Shown here: piece by piece, positions 1-14,554 of the stretch | Layout of the letters: every line of letters starts with the position of its first letter | Position numbering within the stretch: the first letter of the stretch is position 1 | Source of the DNA: Octopus sinensis | Taxonomy: Eukaryota | DNA length: 64,000 bases | Direction: 5' to 3' | Assembly: GCF_006345805.1 (NCBI RefSeq) | Contig: NC_043017.1 | Coordinates: forward strand, 3,720,001 to 3,784,000 | Notes under the pieces: generated by a model | Database searches by the model: none | The model's input: only the letters and a program-made list of their open reading frames with translations | What the model was told of the DNA's origin: nothing | Translations under genes and position numbers: made by a program

Positions 1-869
1 AGGCTGCCAACCACATAGTACACCAATATATGTGTGTCTTGTCATTTTCAGTTATAACTATTTAGTACGTACGTACATAAAAAAAAAATTATCTTTTCAA
101 TTGACAAATGTTTGAGATTCTTGTCAAGATATAAAAGTTATTCCCCTTAATAAGATAAGGCTTGGTGGTTTTCTTCTAGCTCATGATATGGAATGGGATA
201 TAAACTGCCCGAGCTCCGTTACGAATATTTGTAAATACTACAGGGCCATTAAGTGGCTAAGGTTACAGTCCTGTGAACGACAGTTAAGATCCCTGAAACA
301 AGCAGAGACATTTCTTCTTGCTTGCTTTGTCAAATAATACTGCAAGCTAACTCCTTATATATTTTTCCATAGCAGTATATTGAACCTTCAGATGTTATTT
401 AAGATGTTGAAAACATTGGATTAAAATCACATACACTTTTTATTTTTTTAGAATGTTAATATGATATCTAAAGTGCATAGTGGTAACCCTTTGGGTTACC
501 GAGCGATATCCCACCTCATATATATTATTGTATGTATATATATTATTGTGTATGTATGTATATATGTATCTATGTACGTGTGAGTGTGTCTGCGTATGTG
601 TATGTGAGTATATATGTACGTATGTATTATGGTATATATGTTGGTGTGCTTAGGTGTGTTTCTGTGAAACGTGCACATTGACGAGAAACTTAGAAAGAAA
701 TTGGTGTGTTTAAGCAAAAAGTATGTTGTGGCATTTATTCTCCACATATGTAAAGAAGTTTCTTCCTCTGACTGGCCATTGTAAATGGAGTGAACCAATC
801 GATGTCTCGTTAAAATCCTATAATCAATGACACTATTGTTTACCAGCTCTACGAGACAAATAATCAAAA

Positions 870-1350
870 TAGCTGGATTATTATGACTCAAGTAGGTAAA
901 GTGACCCAACCGTATTAACGTAACCCAACTAGATTAATGTGTTCCAATGAAGTCACCTTGCCGCTGCTAGTTTATCTTATACCAACTGGATTATCGCATC
1001 CCAGCTTTGTTAAATTCTCCCAAAAGGGTTATTGCGCTTTGGTAGATTTTACACAGTTCACCTGGGTTAGCGCGATCTGGCCGGTTTAACACGTCCTACC
1101 TGATTTAATGCTTTCCATCTGGTCTAACGTGTCCAAACTGGTTCAACGCGTCTCAGCTGGTTCAACGCATTCCCGTTGGTTTAACCTGTCTCATCTGGTT
1201 TAACATGTTCCAGCTTGCTTTAAAATGTCTCAAATGCGTTAAAAGTGTCGCACCTAGTTTAAGTTGCCCCAGTTGGTTGACCTGGGACATGTCAAACCAG
1301 CCGGTACACGTTAATCCATTTAAGACAAGTTAAATCAGCTGAGACACGCT
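870..1350. repeat. Degenerate 19-bp minisatellite with an orientation flip near 1282
   Basis: Units such as CTGGTTCAACGCGTCTCAG at 1138, 1157, 1176 and 1195; reverse-complement units (GGGACATGTCAAACCAG, CTGAGACACGCTAA) after 1282. Confidence 0.7.
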
Positions 1351-1554
1351 AAGGACGGAAACTAATCTGAATAAAGATAACCGTTTCTTCAAAGAATGAT
1401 GTTTCATAATTGATGTTTAATGATCGATGTTTTATATAATGGGCTTTTGTCCATACTAATCGGCCCAGATTAAATTACTGTCACGGTTCAGATATTTTAC
1501 CTTATTTATAACTCTTCAAGTTAAGTCACGTAAATATTTGGCCAGTAATAATGG

Positions 1555-1766
1555 TTTCAAATTTTGGCACAAGGCCAGCAATTTTCGGAAGGAAGTAAAT
1601 CAATTGCATCGACACCACTGCTCGACTGGTACTTATTTTATCGACCCCGAAAGGATGAAAACCAAGGTCGACCTCGGTTGATCTTGAACTCAGAACGTAA
1701 AGACAGACGAAATGCCGCTAAGCATTTCACCCGGTACAATAACGATTCTGCCAAGCTCGCCGCCTT
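1555..1766 (-). mobile_element. SINE family A (Deu/Nin-like central domain)
   Basis: Reverse complement of GGCGGCGAGC...GTCGAC..CATCCTTTCGGGGTCGATAAAATAAGTACC; flanked by a TSD-like ATATTTG(G/A)CCAGTAATAAT. Confidence 0.8.
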
Positions 1767-2422
1767 ATATTTGACCAGTAATAATAAACGTGTGAATAAG
1801 ATTTTCACTTCATGACAACAAGGTTTTGCGTTCGTTCCTCCTGCGCGGGCCTTTGACCAGTGTATTCCATCTTAGCTTATAGTAGAACCAAGCCTTCTGA
1901 GTGAAGTTGTTAGGGTCGGGTGTCCCGAATGTGTTCGTAGGGGATAATTTGTCATCAGTCACATAGTTTAATATCGCTAAGTGGCCGTTAGATGCATCTT
2001 TATTTGAATCCACTCTGTGCCAATCATTCGGACAAGAATCTCAGTTGTGCGAACTATTTGATATGTCGATGCACTGTTTCCTAATGCTAGCATCAACGGG
2101 CCTCTACGTTACGCCGTCTTAAGTGAATATAAATACAATGGACATTGTAGTTCCCAAGAAGCGAAATGGTGAGATGGTGACAGCTGGCTGGTTGTTCTGA
2201 AACATAAAAGAAAAGCAACCACCCAGAATTTGTAGTTTCTTCTCCCACCCCTGACCTCGCCGTTATTGTCAGAGGTCCTGTGAAAAAGGACATGAACATT
2301 GGCCCTTCTTCCTATGACGAAGCCATAAAAAAAAAACGGAGATCGGATGAGCAGAAACCGCTCCCCTCACCAAGTTATATTGAAGGTGTGGGTTTGAAGC
2401 CGTTATTGTAAATTGAAAAAAC

Positions 2423-2704
2423 CAGGGCCATTCTACGGCTAATCATAGGTATCCTTGTTCAGGGCCATTCTACGGCTAATCATAGGTATCCTTGTTCAGG
2501 GCCATTCTACGGCTAATCATAGGTATCCTTGTTCAGGGCCATTCTACGGCTAATCATAGGTATCCTTGTTCAGGGCCATTCTACGGCTAATCATAGGTAT
2601 CCTCGTTCAGGGCCATTCTACGGCTAATCATAGGTATCCTTGTTCAGGGCCATTCTACGGCTAATCATAGGTATCCTTGTTCAGGGCCATTCTACGGCTA
2701 ATCA
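2423..2704. repeat. 37-bp minisatellite, ~7.6 copies
   Basis: Unit CAGGGCCATTCTACGGCTAATCATAGGTATCCTTGTT; nearly perfect, no spacers. Confidence 0.95.
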
Positions 2705-3327
2705 AAACTGAGTCAAAACTGAAACTGAAGGATTCTTGAATGCAAGTCTTCACACCAGGGGTCACCGCAATTATGCAAAGAAACAAAGTACATTACGTAA
2801 ATGCAAATAATGAGGAGTCTGGGAAATCAACTCGCCACGAATTCTTTGGTTGAATAGTTTTAATATCTCTGCGTGCGTAATCTTAAGATGAAATAAATCT
2901 TCAGGAATGTCAGAATTGGGGCTTTCTTACAGTAGAATGACTGATTATTATTACAGATGTTTTCAAAGAGTGATAAACTCTGGGATATGCCAATCTAAGT
3001 ACATACACACGTACACACACGCGCGCGAGTACGCACAACACACGAAAGCTAATCAGACAGGTTGTCGTCAGGAGTATGGAAGGTATCCTACTAATCCAAG
3101 TATCAGTTAAAACTGACAATAATGTATCTCTAAACCAGGGTTTACCTGACCCTTGGGGGTCAATAACTGAAAGTGTCTGGCAGGATTGTAGTTACCAAAA
3201 ACCCAATCTTGGATTCTTGCTTGTACCTGTACTGCAGTTCTCAAGAGAGGAGATGAGCTGTTGAAAGACAGACCTAAATATACAGTGACAACACCTATCC
3301 ATTGTCGAGGCATTTCGGCGGAAATTC

Positions 3328-3387
<60 letters not shown>

Positions 3388-4193
3388 CAGCAGCAGCAGC
3401 GGCGGCGGCGGCGGTGATGGTAATGGTCATGCTGAGCCGTAATCATCATGGTCGTATTATCGTAAAATCATCATCGTCACCGTAATCATATGCAGAAACT
3501 GAAGATTTCCACACCACTATGCCCCTAACCACTATATGAAGACCCTCATAACATTCTCTGCTCCCCCTCCACTCACACCAGAATCACCAACTGCGTCTAT
3601 AGATAATGGGAGTTACAATATACAGCACATCGTAACCTCAAGTTCGCTATTCTTATCAAGTCTCTCACTCCCCCGTCCCATCTCACTGTATAAACAAGTA
3701 GAACAGAGATGATAGCTACGGACACTGTCATCTGAACTGAACTCTTTCCCAGTGCCGTATAACTGACCCAGAAAACGTGTCGCCGAAGCACATACAACAA
3801 GCAATTGTCCAAAAGATGACAGAGCTACAATAATATGGGACATGTCTGTACATACCGAAAGAGAGATAAAGAGACAAAACCCACCCAGATATTTGTCAAA
3901 CAGTACACAGACAAAACGTGTCTCTTTATAGATATTTAATCCAAGTAAATGAAATTATTTCCCATTGAAAGATATAACAATACATTCACAGAAACAAATG
4001 CTTAATAATAGCTATATTTAGATGAGGCGTATAAGGGGGTGGTGGAAGCAAGGGGTTTAAATGTCCAGACTATTCTGATAATTGTGGGTATGATGTAAGC
4101 CTTGAAGGTGTGTCACAAGTTTCCAAAAGTTGTAAGATACTATGATTATCTCAAATACAGAGACGTAGAAATAGGGGACCGGAGTGTCTTTTG

Positions 4194-4600
4194 TCATAGG
4201 TATCCTTGTTCAGGGCCATTCTACGGCTAATCATAGGTATCCTAGTTCAGGGCCATTCTACGGCTAATCATAGTTTTCCTTGTTCAGGGCCATTCTACGG
4301 CTAATCATAGGTATCCTAGTTCAGGGCCATTCTACGGCTAATCATAGGTATCCTTTTTCAGGGCCATTCTACGGCTAATCATAGGTATCCTTGTTCAGGG
4401 CTACTCTGCAGCTAATCATAGGTATCCTTGTTCAGGGTCATTCTACGGCTAATCATAGGTATCCTTGTTCAGGGCCATTCTACGGCCAATCATAGGTATC
4501 CTTGTTTAGGGTCATTCTACGGCTAATCATAGGTATCCTTGTTCAGGGCCATTCTACGGCCAATCATAGGTATCCTTGTTCAGGGTCATTCTATGGCTAA
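4194..4600. repeat. Second array of the same 37-bp minisatellite, ~11 copies
   Basis: Same unit and orientation as 2423-2704, with more substitutions. Confidence 0.95.
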
Positions 4601-4629
4601 GCAATTCAGAGAAACATATTGATTACAAC

Positions 4630-4927
4630 GAAGAATGCTCCAGTTCCTATCAATGGTGTATCCTGTTCGTAGAATTAACGTGCAAGTGGTTGAGTATTCC
4701 ACAGACACACGTACCCTTAACGTAGTCCTCAGGGAGATTCAACATCATACAGAAAGTGGCAAGACTGGTATTGCAGGTACAACTGACTCGTTTTTGTCAG
4801 CTGAGTGGACTGGAGCGACGTGAAATAAAGTATCTTGCTCAAGGACACAATGCACCGGCGGGAATCGAACTCAGAACCTTATGATCGTGAGCCGAATACC
4901 CTAACCACAAAGCCACGCGCTTTCACA
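4630..4927 (-). mobile_element. SINE family C
   Basis: Reverse-complement match to 34025-34335. Confidence 0.8.
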
Positions 4928-5661
4928 ACGCAGTCACAGATACGCTGTCGCTGGGATTAATTAAAGTATGGGAAGATCACGAATGGGACATTTTGCTCTA
5001 CAAGTCTGCTGAATCAGGGTTGAGCTGGAGTTAACAATAGCAACAAAAGAAATTAAAGGTTTGGGCTCAGTAGAGGGATATTTATAAAGATGGTAACATT
5101 ATGAAATGCTTCAGCAGCCAATAAGTCAGAATCTTGTAAATATTTGGATTAAAATTCTTTAAAGATACGAAAACTGTTTATGAATTTTAATCCAAATTTT
5201 TACAAAAAGATACGAAATCTGTTTAAGAATAAGTCAGTATCCTGTGGCATCGTCATTGGTTGACTAAACAACAGGTGTCGGAGTTTGGTGTGGAAACCTA
5301 GCTCAGGTATTAAACTGCATCCATGTCAAACCTATTTAACTTTAATTAATTAAGCTGTAATTAATCAAGCCTACAGCAAATCAGTACCATAGATATGGAT
5401 AGATGTTACATTGCGGAAGCAGTCTGTGAACCACAAGCGTTTTTCTTTCTTTCTTTCTCTTGTGGAGCTTTGTTGAAATTCTTTCGATAGGCAGGGCAAC
5501 AAGAACAAACCTTCGAAAGTCAAAGTCAGATACTCGGTTGAATATGTGACATGCTTTTGATTATTGGATTACATGCAATGGCTTGTGTGCACCCCAAAAT
5601 CCTTCCATTAGACTTATTACATTAGACACATACATATACTTATATTTATTTATTTTATTAT

Positions 5662-5708
<47 letters not shown>

Positions 5709-8171
5709 AACTCAACAGGCACGGAAGTGCCATCAGCCGAGCTTGCCCGAGGTTCGCTCAGAGCAATGAAACTGTTCTGCACGCATTCGTCCAATGCCTG
5801 AGCATTGCTGACCAGTGGATTTATGTCGAACAGCTGCTGTTGCGTGTAGGACGGATCCGGCTATCAGCTGAATCCATAGTGAAGATTACACTGCCGTCCT
5901 CCTTTAACCGTCACACCCTGTGTCACGCTGAATCTCCCCGAGAACTGCATTAAGGGTGCACGTGTCTGTGGAGTGCTCAGCCATTTGCACGTTAATAAAT
6001 GAGCTGCGACGTCACTGGGACCAAACTGTATCAGCCTTTGCCTTTTCCTTGGATAACACTGGTGGCGTGGAGAGGGGAGGCCGGTATGTTTGAGTGACTC
6101 GAGGTCGACTTTGCCTTTCATCCTTTCGGGGTCGATAAAATAAGTACCAGTTACGCAATGGGGTCGATATAACGGACTTAATCCGTTTGTTTGTCCTTGT
6201 TTGTCCCCTCTGTGTTTAGCCCCTTGTGGGTAGTAAAGAAATAGGTATGTTTGAGTGACTGCTGGTCTTTCATAAACAACCTTGCCCAGACATGTGCCTC
6301 GGGGGGTAATTTTCTAGGTGCAATCCCATGGTCATTCATGACCGAAGCGGGGTCACAACAACAACACCAGCCAACCATAATAAACCAATGAGTCGCTGCA
6401 ATATTCTTATTTTCTTGTAACTGCTTTGCATGTCCAATGACCTTGATCCTTAAATCGGTAAAAACACGCGGATCGCTTTGGTCTAAACCAATTAAAAAGT
6501 ATTACTTCTAGTGTCTTTTTTCTCTTTTCTGCTGCACATCAACATCTAATTGCTTCTGAATCAGTTGTCATAAATTGCGTTTATTTGTTCTTTTGCTTCT
6601 TAGCAAGAACCTGGCGTTATATTCACGCGCAATGGCCCATTCGGTTTTCATCTCTTTTTAAATGCAGTGCAATATCAATTGCTTAACTTGTGGGATTCAC
6701 AAGTTTTCTTGTCCCCGCTTTCTCAAATTGGTTACACTTTCTACTATTGGAATACATATTCACTAATGGATCAACAATATTAAAGTAGATTAAGGTAAAT
6801 AAAAATCACTTAGTTACTGACCATTAATTTCTCTTTTCTGATGAAGCATAAAAAAGTAATATTAAATAATATCAATCGGATCAGTGGATACTTGGTTAAC
6901 GGAACATGTATGTGTATGAGTGTGTATGTCTGTGTTTGTGTGCGTTTGTGTGAGTGTGTGTGTGTACGACAGGCTTTTGTCTACCAAATTCCACCAAAAG
7001 CGAGTTAGTGTTTAAGTTCGCTAGCCGGATTTGAACACGATCCAATTTTGGCTTCTCTCTCCTGGCTGTTAAACGGAAGCACTTAACGTTTGGAGCCAAC
7101 CACCTGTCAAGTCTTCAAGGTCATTTACAGGTAAACATTTTAATGTTATTCTTGAGAAGACAAAGAAAATTAACCGTTTTAGTCATTTTTTTTTCAACAA
7201 AAAATAAATAACCTACACAAAGAAAACAAAAGCAAAACACAAAAGAGAATGAAACGAAACGAAAACAGAGGCCACTCACACACACACACACATAAAACAC
7301 TACCAACACCACCAACAACAATGGCAACAATAACAACAGCAACAAAAAAGAATAACGAAATAAAGAAAAGAAACGACATTCTTATCAGGTTTTAGGTTTC
7401 GTCTAAACAATCACTTCTGTCTTGATGACATCAAAGTCATCGTATGACACACGCACAGACGATAATAACGGGACAACCGGATATATACAGTTGCTTGAAG
7501 CAGGGCGAGTTATAGGAATTACGCGTACATACATACATGCATACCTACATACATATATACATACATACATACATACATACATGCATGCATACATGCATAT
7601 ATAGACAAATAATTTGGGAGACACTTTAGAGAGGTACGCACACAATAAAAAGAAATCACCGGTAACTAAGGCCGAGAGAAAGAATGAATAGCTTTTAGAA
7701 AGTTCGAGAAATAAAATGGAAGTACACACACACACACACACATACACACACACACACGCACACACACATACATACATACATTCATACATGCATTCATACA
7801 TATATGCATACATATACATACATATACACGCATACATATATATACAGACATACGTGTGTACGTAACAACATATTTATGTGTCTCTATGTATGTATTCATG
7901 AATGTATGTGGATAGAAATATATATATTCATATAAGTGTGTGTGAGTGAATGTGTGTGTGTGTGTGAGTGTGTGTGTGTGTGTAAGTGAATGTGTGTGTT
8001 TGTGTATGTGTGTGTGTGTGTGTGTAAGTGAATGTGTGTGTTTGTGTATGTGCGTGAGTGTGTGTGTATGTGTGTGTTATGAGTGAAACTGGTGATTAAA
8101 GGGAATAGAAGTACAGTACGTCAAGAAGCGACTAATTAATTTGTCGCTAATTAATTTTAAAATGAGACGGA

Positions 8172-8212
<41 letters not shown>

Positions 8213-8424
8213 AGAGATGAGAAGGACAAACACACACACACGCACACACATGCACGTGTAGTAAGAATTTTGATTCCCAACCACATAGTTCCGGGTTTAA
8301 TTTCACTGGCGTGGCACCATGGGCGGGTTTCCACTATTATGGCCTTGGGTCAAGCAAAACCTTGTGAGTAGATTTGGTAGACCGAAACTGAGTTTATATA
8401 TTTAAAATCTGCATTATATACATG

Positions 8425-8765
8425 CTGAGGTCCCCCTTCGGTTATGACTGACCATGGGATTGCACCTAGAAAGTTACCCTCCCAGGCACAAGACCGGGCA
8501 AGGTTGTGTTATGGAAGACCAGCAGTTACCCATGCATACCAGCCTCCTTTCTCTACGCCACTGATGTTATCCAAGAGAAAGGCAAAGGGGCCGATACAGC
8601 TTGGCACCAATAACGTCGCAACTCATTACTACAGGTGAGTGAACTGGAGCAATGTGAAACAAAGTGTCTTGCTCAAGAACACAACACGCAGCCCGGTCCG
8701 GGATTCGAACTCACAACCTCACGATCGTAAGATCGACGCTCTAACCACTGAGCCATGCGCCTTCA
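8425..8765 (-). mobile_element. SINE family C variant
   Basis: tRNA-like head at the right end; body shared with 14099-14397. Confidence 0.8.
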
Positions 8766-9182
8766 TATATACACATACATATATATTGAGTACTGGGGTC
8801 GATGTAATCGACTTACTCCCTCCCCCAGAATTCCAGGCCTTGTGCCTATAGTAGAAAGGATTAATCTACTGATGTAGATTTGGCTCTTAAGGGATTATGA
8901 CTAACTACTGTGTTCTCATTCTCTTTGCAACGACATATTTCTGTGGGTCTCGATTCGGTTCCCTTTTGTCAGTTCAAGACAAAATGTAATAACCTCCGGA
9001 ATCTACAGAGAGATATGCAGATCGCAGTCAGTAAGACAGTTCCAAATTTTTGTCAATATTTTGAATGAGAAACATATTATAGACTTTATTCGTTAACAAC
9101 ATATTTTTACAGGAAGAAAAGAAAGAAAAAAATATTAAAGTATAAAACATAATTTTGTTGTCGCTAAAGAGGGTCATATATT

Positions 9183-9417
9183 TAATTCTTTATTGCCCTC
9201 AAGGGGCTAAACATAGAGGGGACAAACAATGACAGACAAAGGGACTAAGTCGATTACATCGACTCCAGTGCGTAACTGGTACTTATTTAATCGACCCTGA
9301 AATGATGAACGGTAAAGTCGACCTCGGCGGAATTTGAACTCAGAACGTAGCAGCAGACGAAATACCGCAAAGTATTTCGCCTGGTGTGCTAGCGATTCTG
9401 CCAGCTCGCTGCCTTTA
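9183..9417 (-). mobile_element. SINE family A
   Basis: Full-length match to the other family A copies. Confidence 0.85.
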
Positions 9418-9999
9418 AGGAGAGTCATGTACTGCCAGTAATAATAACATGCACTGGACACACAAAAGAATTTGTTTCAAGACACGAATTACATAGAGAA
9501 TTTTGCATACCAGATTACAAATTGAAGTATAAAATATCAAATTACTGAGAAAAAACCCATAACTACCTCACCAAGAACCCCCCCCCCAAAAAAAATGTAA
9601 AAATAAAGGAAGATTTAGCCGCAGAAGATGTGGTGGAGTGAGTGGGCGTAATGAGTTGTAACACTTCAGATCAAATGGCGTATTTAGCCGATCCTCGCAG
9701 ACATCATTGGAAAGGCATTACCGCGGAGGATTTTCAGCCACCTTCGCTGCAACAGGAACCACATTTCGCTGACCTCATTTCACACTTGTGATTGATTTTA
9801 CTATTTTAAGAATTCTTTTCTAATTGCTCGATTTGCATTTGTATTTTTATACATTAACTTAAAACTTTAGTCTTTTTTCTCAAACGCGTGATTCGATTTC
9901 TTTGACTGAAATATTGGGCAGGGGAAGTGAGAGGGGCAGTAGCGAAATATCTTCACATAATACAACATAGACTTTTAAATGGATAGGATTTTTCTAAGG

Positions 10000-11085
10000 A
10001 TGTGGGCAGTACTTGTCAGTACAAGCTTTTGGATTTCTCTGAGACATGGTTCTCCTGGGATGTTATCTGACATCCCTTTGTTTTTATCATACCTAGAGCA
10101 CCTACAATAACAGGAACAGTTATCACTTTAAGATGTCACATCTTTTGTATTTCAATTTCCCGGTCCTTATATTTACTTAATTTGTCAAATTCCTTTACAG
10201 ATATATTTTTACTAGTGGGAACACTTACATCTGTTAGTCTACAAGTATTTTCTTGTCTTTAATAATCATGTCTGGTCGATTATCCTAGATCGTTCTGTCA
10301 GAGTTAACTGGAAAATTTCAGAGGATAATGACATTTGTACCTTTAATGACTGGCTTAGGATGATGTTCATACCAGTAAGCAAGAGTACTGATTTTGTAGT
10401 GTTTACATATTTTCCAATGTACACACTCTCCTACCTTGTCGTGACGATTTTTGTATTCGTTTGGTGCCAGCAGAGGACATCCCGAGACGAGATGGTCCAT
10501 TGTTTCGTCAAATGTGTCACAGAATCTATGTTTAGAACCGTTTTGAGAGAGACGTTAGCCAGATAGTTTTTGTAAGCAAGCTTTGATCTTGTGCCGCCTA
10601 TATGATATCTTCAGTCTTTGCTTTCAGACCTGAACTTCTCAACAACTGATGGGTTGTTACTTGGTCTACATCAGCGTTTCGACTTCGAAGTATATGCTGT
10701 TCATGCAGAGACATGTTGGCTCCACCGCTCCTCACTTTGTTTCCACCAGTTCTTTTTTGCAGCCTGCTTGATCCGTTCAGCTTGTTTTGTGGCAGTGGTT
10801 TCAGGTTCTTTTTCTATTTCAGGGTTAAAGCCAAGTTTCCTTGCGAATTTGCAAGCTTCCTTGGCAATAGAATGTGACATTTTGCTGCTTTCGTGTTTGC
10901 ACACAAGCCGCAGCGTCCAGTCCTCTGTACTAGATGAGTACCTGTTCATTGCAATTGTGGAGGTCTTATAGCACAGTTCTATCTGCACCATTCCTCCTCC
11001 CCCATTACTTCTAGGTAGGTACAGACGATCAACGTCTGCTTTCGGATGGAGCATGTTCTTAGATGTTAGTAGTTTTCTTGTCTTC
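10000..11085 (-). mobile_element. Degenerate R4-clade LINE 3' half
   Basis: LHPKADVDRLYLPRSNGGGG; HLVSGCPLLAPNEYKNRHDKV...HWKIC; adjacent to an (ATT)n array. Confidence 0.85.
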
Positions 11086-11112
11086 CAATCCAGACTATAA
11101 TAACAACAACAA

Positions 11113-11200
<88 letters not shown>

Positions 11201-12450
11201 GTTATTATTATTATTGCCTTTGCACAGCTTCTAACGCTGGAGATGTACTGCGGTGTTAGCTGTTCACTACCAGTGAACTAAGGTAACACCTCTTAATTTT
11301 TCGAGCACCTTCCGGAGTATTCGTGCGGTTCCAAGTCGTGCTGTTTTCTACAAGTGCTCCACCCTTATTGCAGTCCCTATTTGTTTGTCATCATCATCAT
11401 CATCCATCATCATCATCATCATCATCATCATTATTATTAGTATTGTTAAGGCGTCAACATGGTAGAAACGTTAGCGCGTTCGGCACAATACCTCGCGGCA
11501 TTTTCCCCGATTCAATATTTTGGCGTTCGAATTCTGTCTTTTGTACAGCTCAATACTGAGGTCGGTGCAATCTATTTATAAATTCCCTCCCACCGAAATT
11601 GCTAACCTTGTATTAAAATTTGAGACCATCATTGTTTTTGCTGTTTTACCGCTATTTCAAAATCTCAGATGGCATGTCGCCGTTGACACGCCCATCACTA
11701 CTTGTTCGTAGCATCCCGTTACGCAATAACTGCTGGGTCTCTTTCGCCTCACATACGCTTTACTCTAAACTATAACTTTTTGACAGCGATATTTCTGATA
11801 ACATTTTAATCACTGGATTATAAGTTATTTTTATCGGTTCTAATAGTATTCCTCTGATACTTGTTGTCCATTACAAAAAAGAAAACCGGCAAAATAGAAT
11901 AAGTAAAAGCACTTTCAAAGACACAATATTGGAACGTTGATGCCAAAAGGACCCCAGAAGCTTTAAAAGAGTTAAGAAGTTGTTGTTAGAAATGAACAGT
12001 AAGGATAAATAAGGAATTAACGAGGGGAAAAAAACATAAATAGAAATCCAGTCGTTCCTGAATGAATTTAATAAAAGAATCTAAATATGAAACATCATTA
12101 AAACTGTTCAAACAGAAGTCCTTCATGAGCGACACATTTTTCCCTTCGAGTCAATGCAGAATTACAGATAGTATTTATGGAATTTTGATTTACTGTCCGG
12201 TGACTTATGGTCACCCTCTATATATGAACGTATATATATATATATATATATATATACATACATACGTATATATATAATATATATATATATATAATTATAT
12301 ATATTTGTAGATATATGAATGTATATGTGCGTATATATATATGTGTATATATATATATGTATGTATGTATGTATGTATATATATATATATATATACATAC
12401 ATATGTTTATACATACAAATATTACATATATACATATGTATATTACATAC

Positions 12451-12488
<38 letters not shown>

Positions 12489-12679
12489 GCATACACACAT
12501 ACATATACACACATATATATCTGGATTATACATGAATACACTTAATTATTTAATTTATTAACATCCTCACTAGGTTTCTGTTTCTGTCTACCAAATCTAC
12601 TCATAAAGCTTGAATCGGTCCCGGGCTACAGTGGAAGACACTTTCCCAAAGTGCTACACAGTATGAAGAACTGGAACCA

Positions 12680-12718
<39 letters not shown>

Positions 12719-12763
12719 GTCTCTCTCGGCTCATACACACACACACGCACACACAGACACACT

Positions 12764-12795
<32 letters not shown>

Positions 12796-12819
12796 AACAC
12801 ATACGTAAATATATATATA

Positions 12820-12919
12820 NNNNNNNNNNNNNNNNNNNNNNNNNNNNNNNNNNNNNNNNNNNNNNNNNNNNNNNNNNNNNNNNNNNNNNNNNNNNNNNNN
12901 NNNNNNNNNNNNNNNNNNN
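12820..12919. other. Assembly gap (100 N) within a (TA)n-rich region (~12225-14660)
   Basis: Run of N. Confidence 1.
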
Positions 12920-13039
12920 TACTGGTGTAAGTGATAATTATTCCAAATTAATTAATTTCACCCTTCATTGTTACTTATATATATATATATATATATATAA
13001 AGATATATATGTATATATATATAATATATATATATATAT

Positions 13040-13082
<43 letters not shown>

Positions 13083-13422
13083 AATATATATATATATATA
13101 TGCTTGTGTGTATGTGCTTGCTTATGCGGATACATGTATATATGTATACATATATATGTTCATATATATATATATGTTTATATATATATATATATATATG
13201 CTTACATATATATTTATTTCTATGTATATATATATGCATATATATGCATATATGCATTATATGCATATATATACATTGAAATAAATATATATGTGCGTAT
13301 ATATATATATATGTTTATATATATATGTATATATCTATATACATACATATATATTTATTTCTATGTAAATATATATATGCATATACATATGCATATATGC
13401 GCATATATAGATAGATATATCC

Positions 13423-13453
<31 letters not shown>

Positions 13454-13734
13454 CAAATATCTATAAATGTATAGTGATATACGTATATACACAGGCAGAC
13501 ATACATACATACGTATTTGCATATGGTATGTTAACAGGCTGAATAACATAAAATAACCTACTTCTTAAACCGATATATATACATACATACATGTATGTAT
13601 GTATATATATATATATTTATTTATTTATATTTATATTTATTTATTTTTATTTATATTTATTTATTTATATTTATATTTATATATACATACATAAATATGT
13701 ATATATGTATATACGTATATATAATATATATATA

Positions 13735-13768
<34 letters not shown>

Positions 13769-14031
13769 TATACAACACACACACACACATATGTACATAT
13801 ATATGTGCGTGTGTGTGTAAACGCATAAAAACATACATACATATACACATACGTTCGGACGCATTACTTTCACACACTGCGAATGTATTCGATCGATCTT
13901 ATTGATCTCAATACTTACTTCAGACTGCTAGTTATTTTGATCGATATCCATAATGAAGTGGTCAAAGTTAACTTCTACACTGATACCTGTATTTATATAT
14001 ATATGTATATATGTGTGTATGTGTGTGTGTG

Positions 14032-14064
<33 letters not shown>

Positions 14065-14098
14065 GTGTGTATATATATATATATATACACATACATGT

Positions 14099-14397
14099 AT
14101 GAAGGCGCATGGCGCAGTGGTTAGAGCGTCGAGCTTACGATTGTGAGTTCGAATCCCGGACCGGGCTGCGTATTGAGTTCTTGAGCAAGGCACTTTATTT
14201 CACGTTGAGACGTCACAGGTGCCAAGCTGTATCGGCCTCTTTGCCTTTTCCCTTGGATAACACTGGTGGCGTGGAGAGGGGAGGCCGGTATGCATGGACG
14301 ACTGCTGGCATTCCATAAACAACCTTGCTCGGACTTGTGCCTGTGAGGGTAACTTTCTAGGTGCAATCCCATGGTCAGTGATGACCGAGGGGGTCTC
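14099..14397 (+). mobile_element. SINE family C variant
   Basis: GAAGGCGCATGGCGCAGTGGTTAGAGCG...GAGTTCGAATCCC head. Confidence 0.8.
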
Positions 14398-14508
14398 AAT
14401 GTATATATATATATATATAATATATATATATATATGATATATATATATATAGGTATATATATATGTATATATATATGTATATATATATGTATTATATAGG
14501 TATATATA

Positions 14509-14554
<46 letters not shown>

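Noticed and set aside
2423-4600. 37-bp repeats as a CRISPR array (also 49179-49405)
   Set aside because: Units are directly head-to-tail with no unique spacers, there are no cas genes, and the context is eukaryotic.
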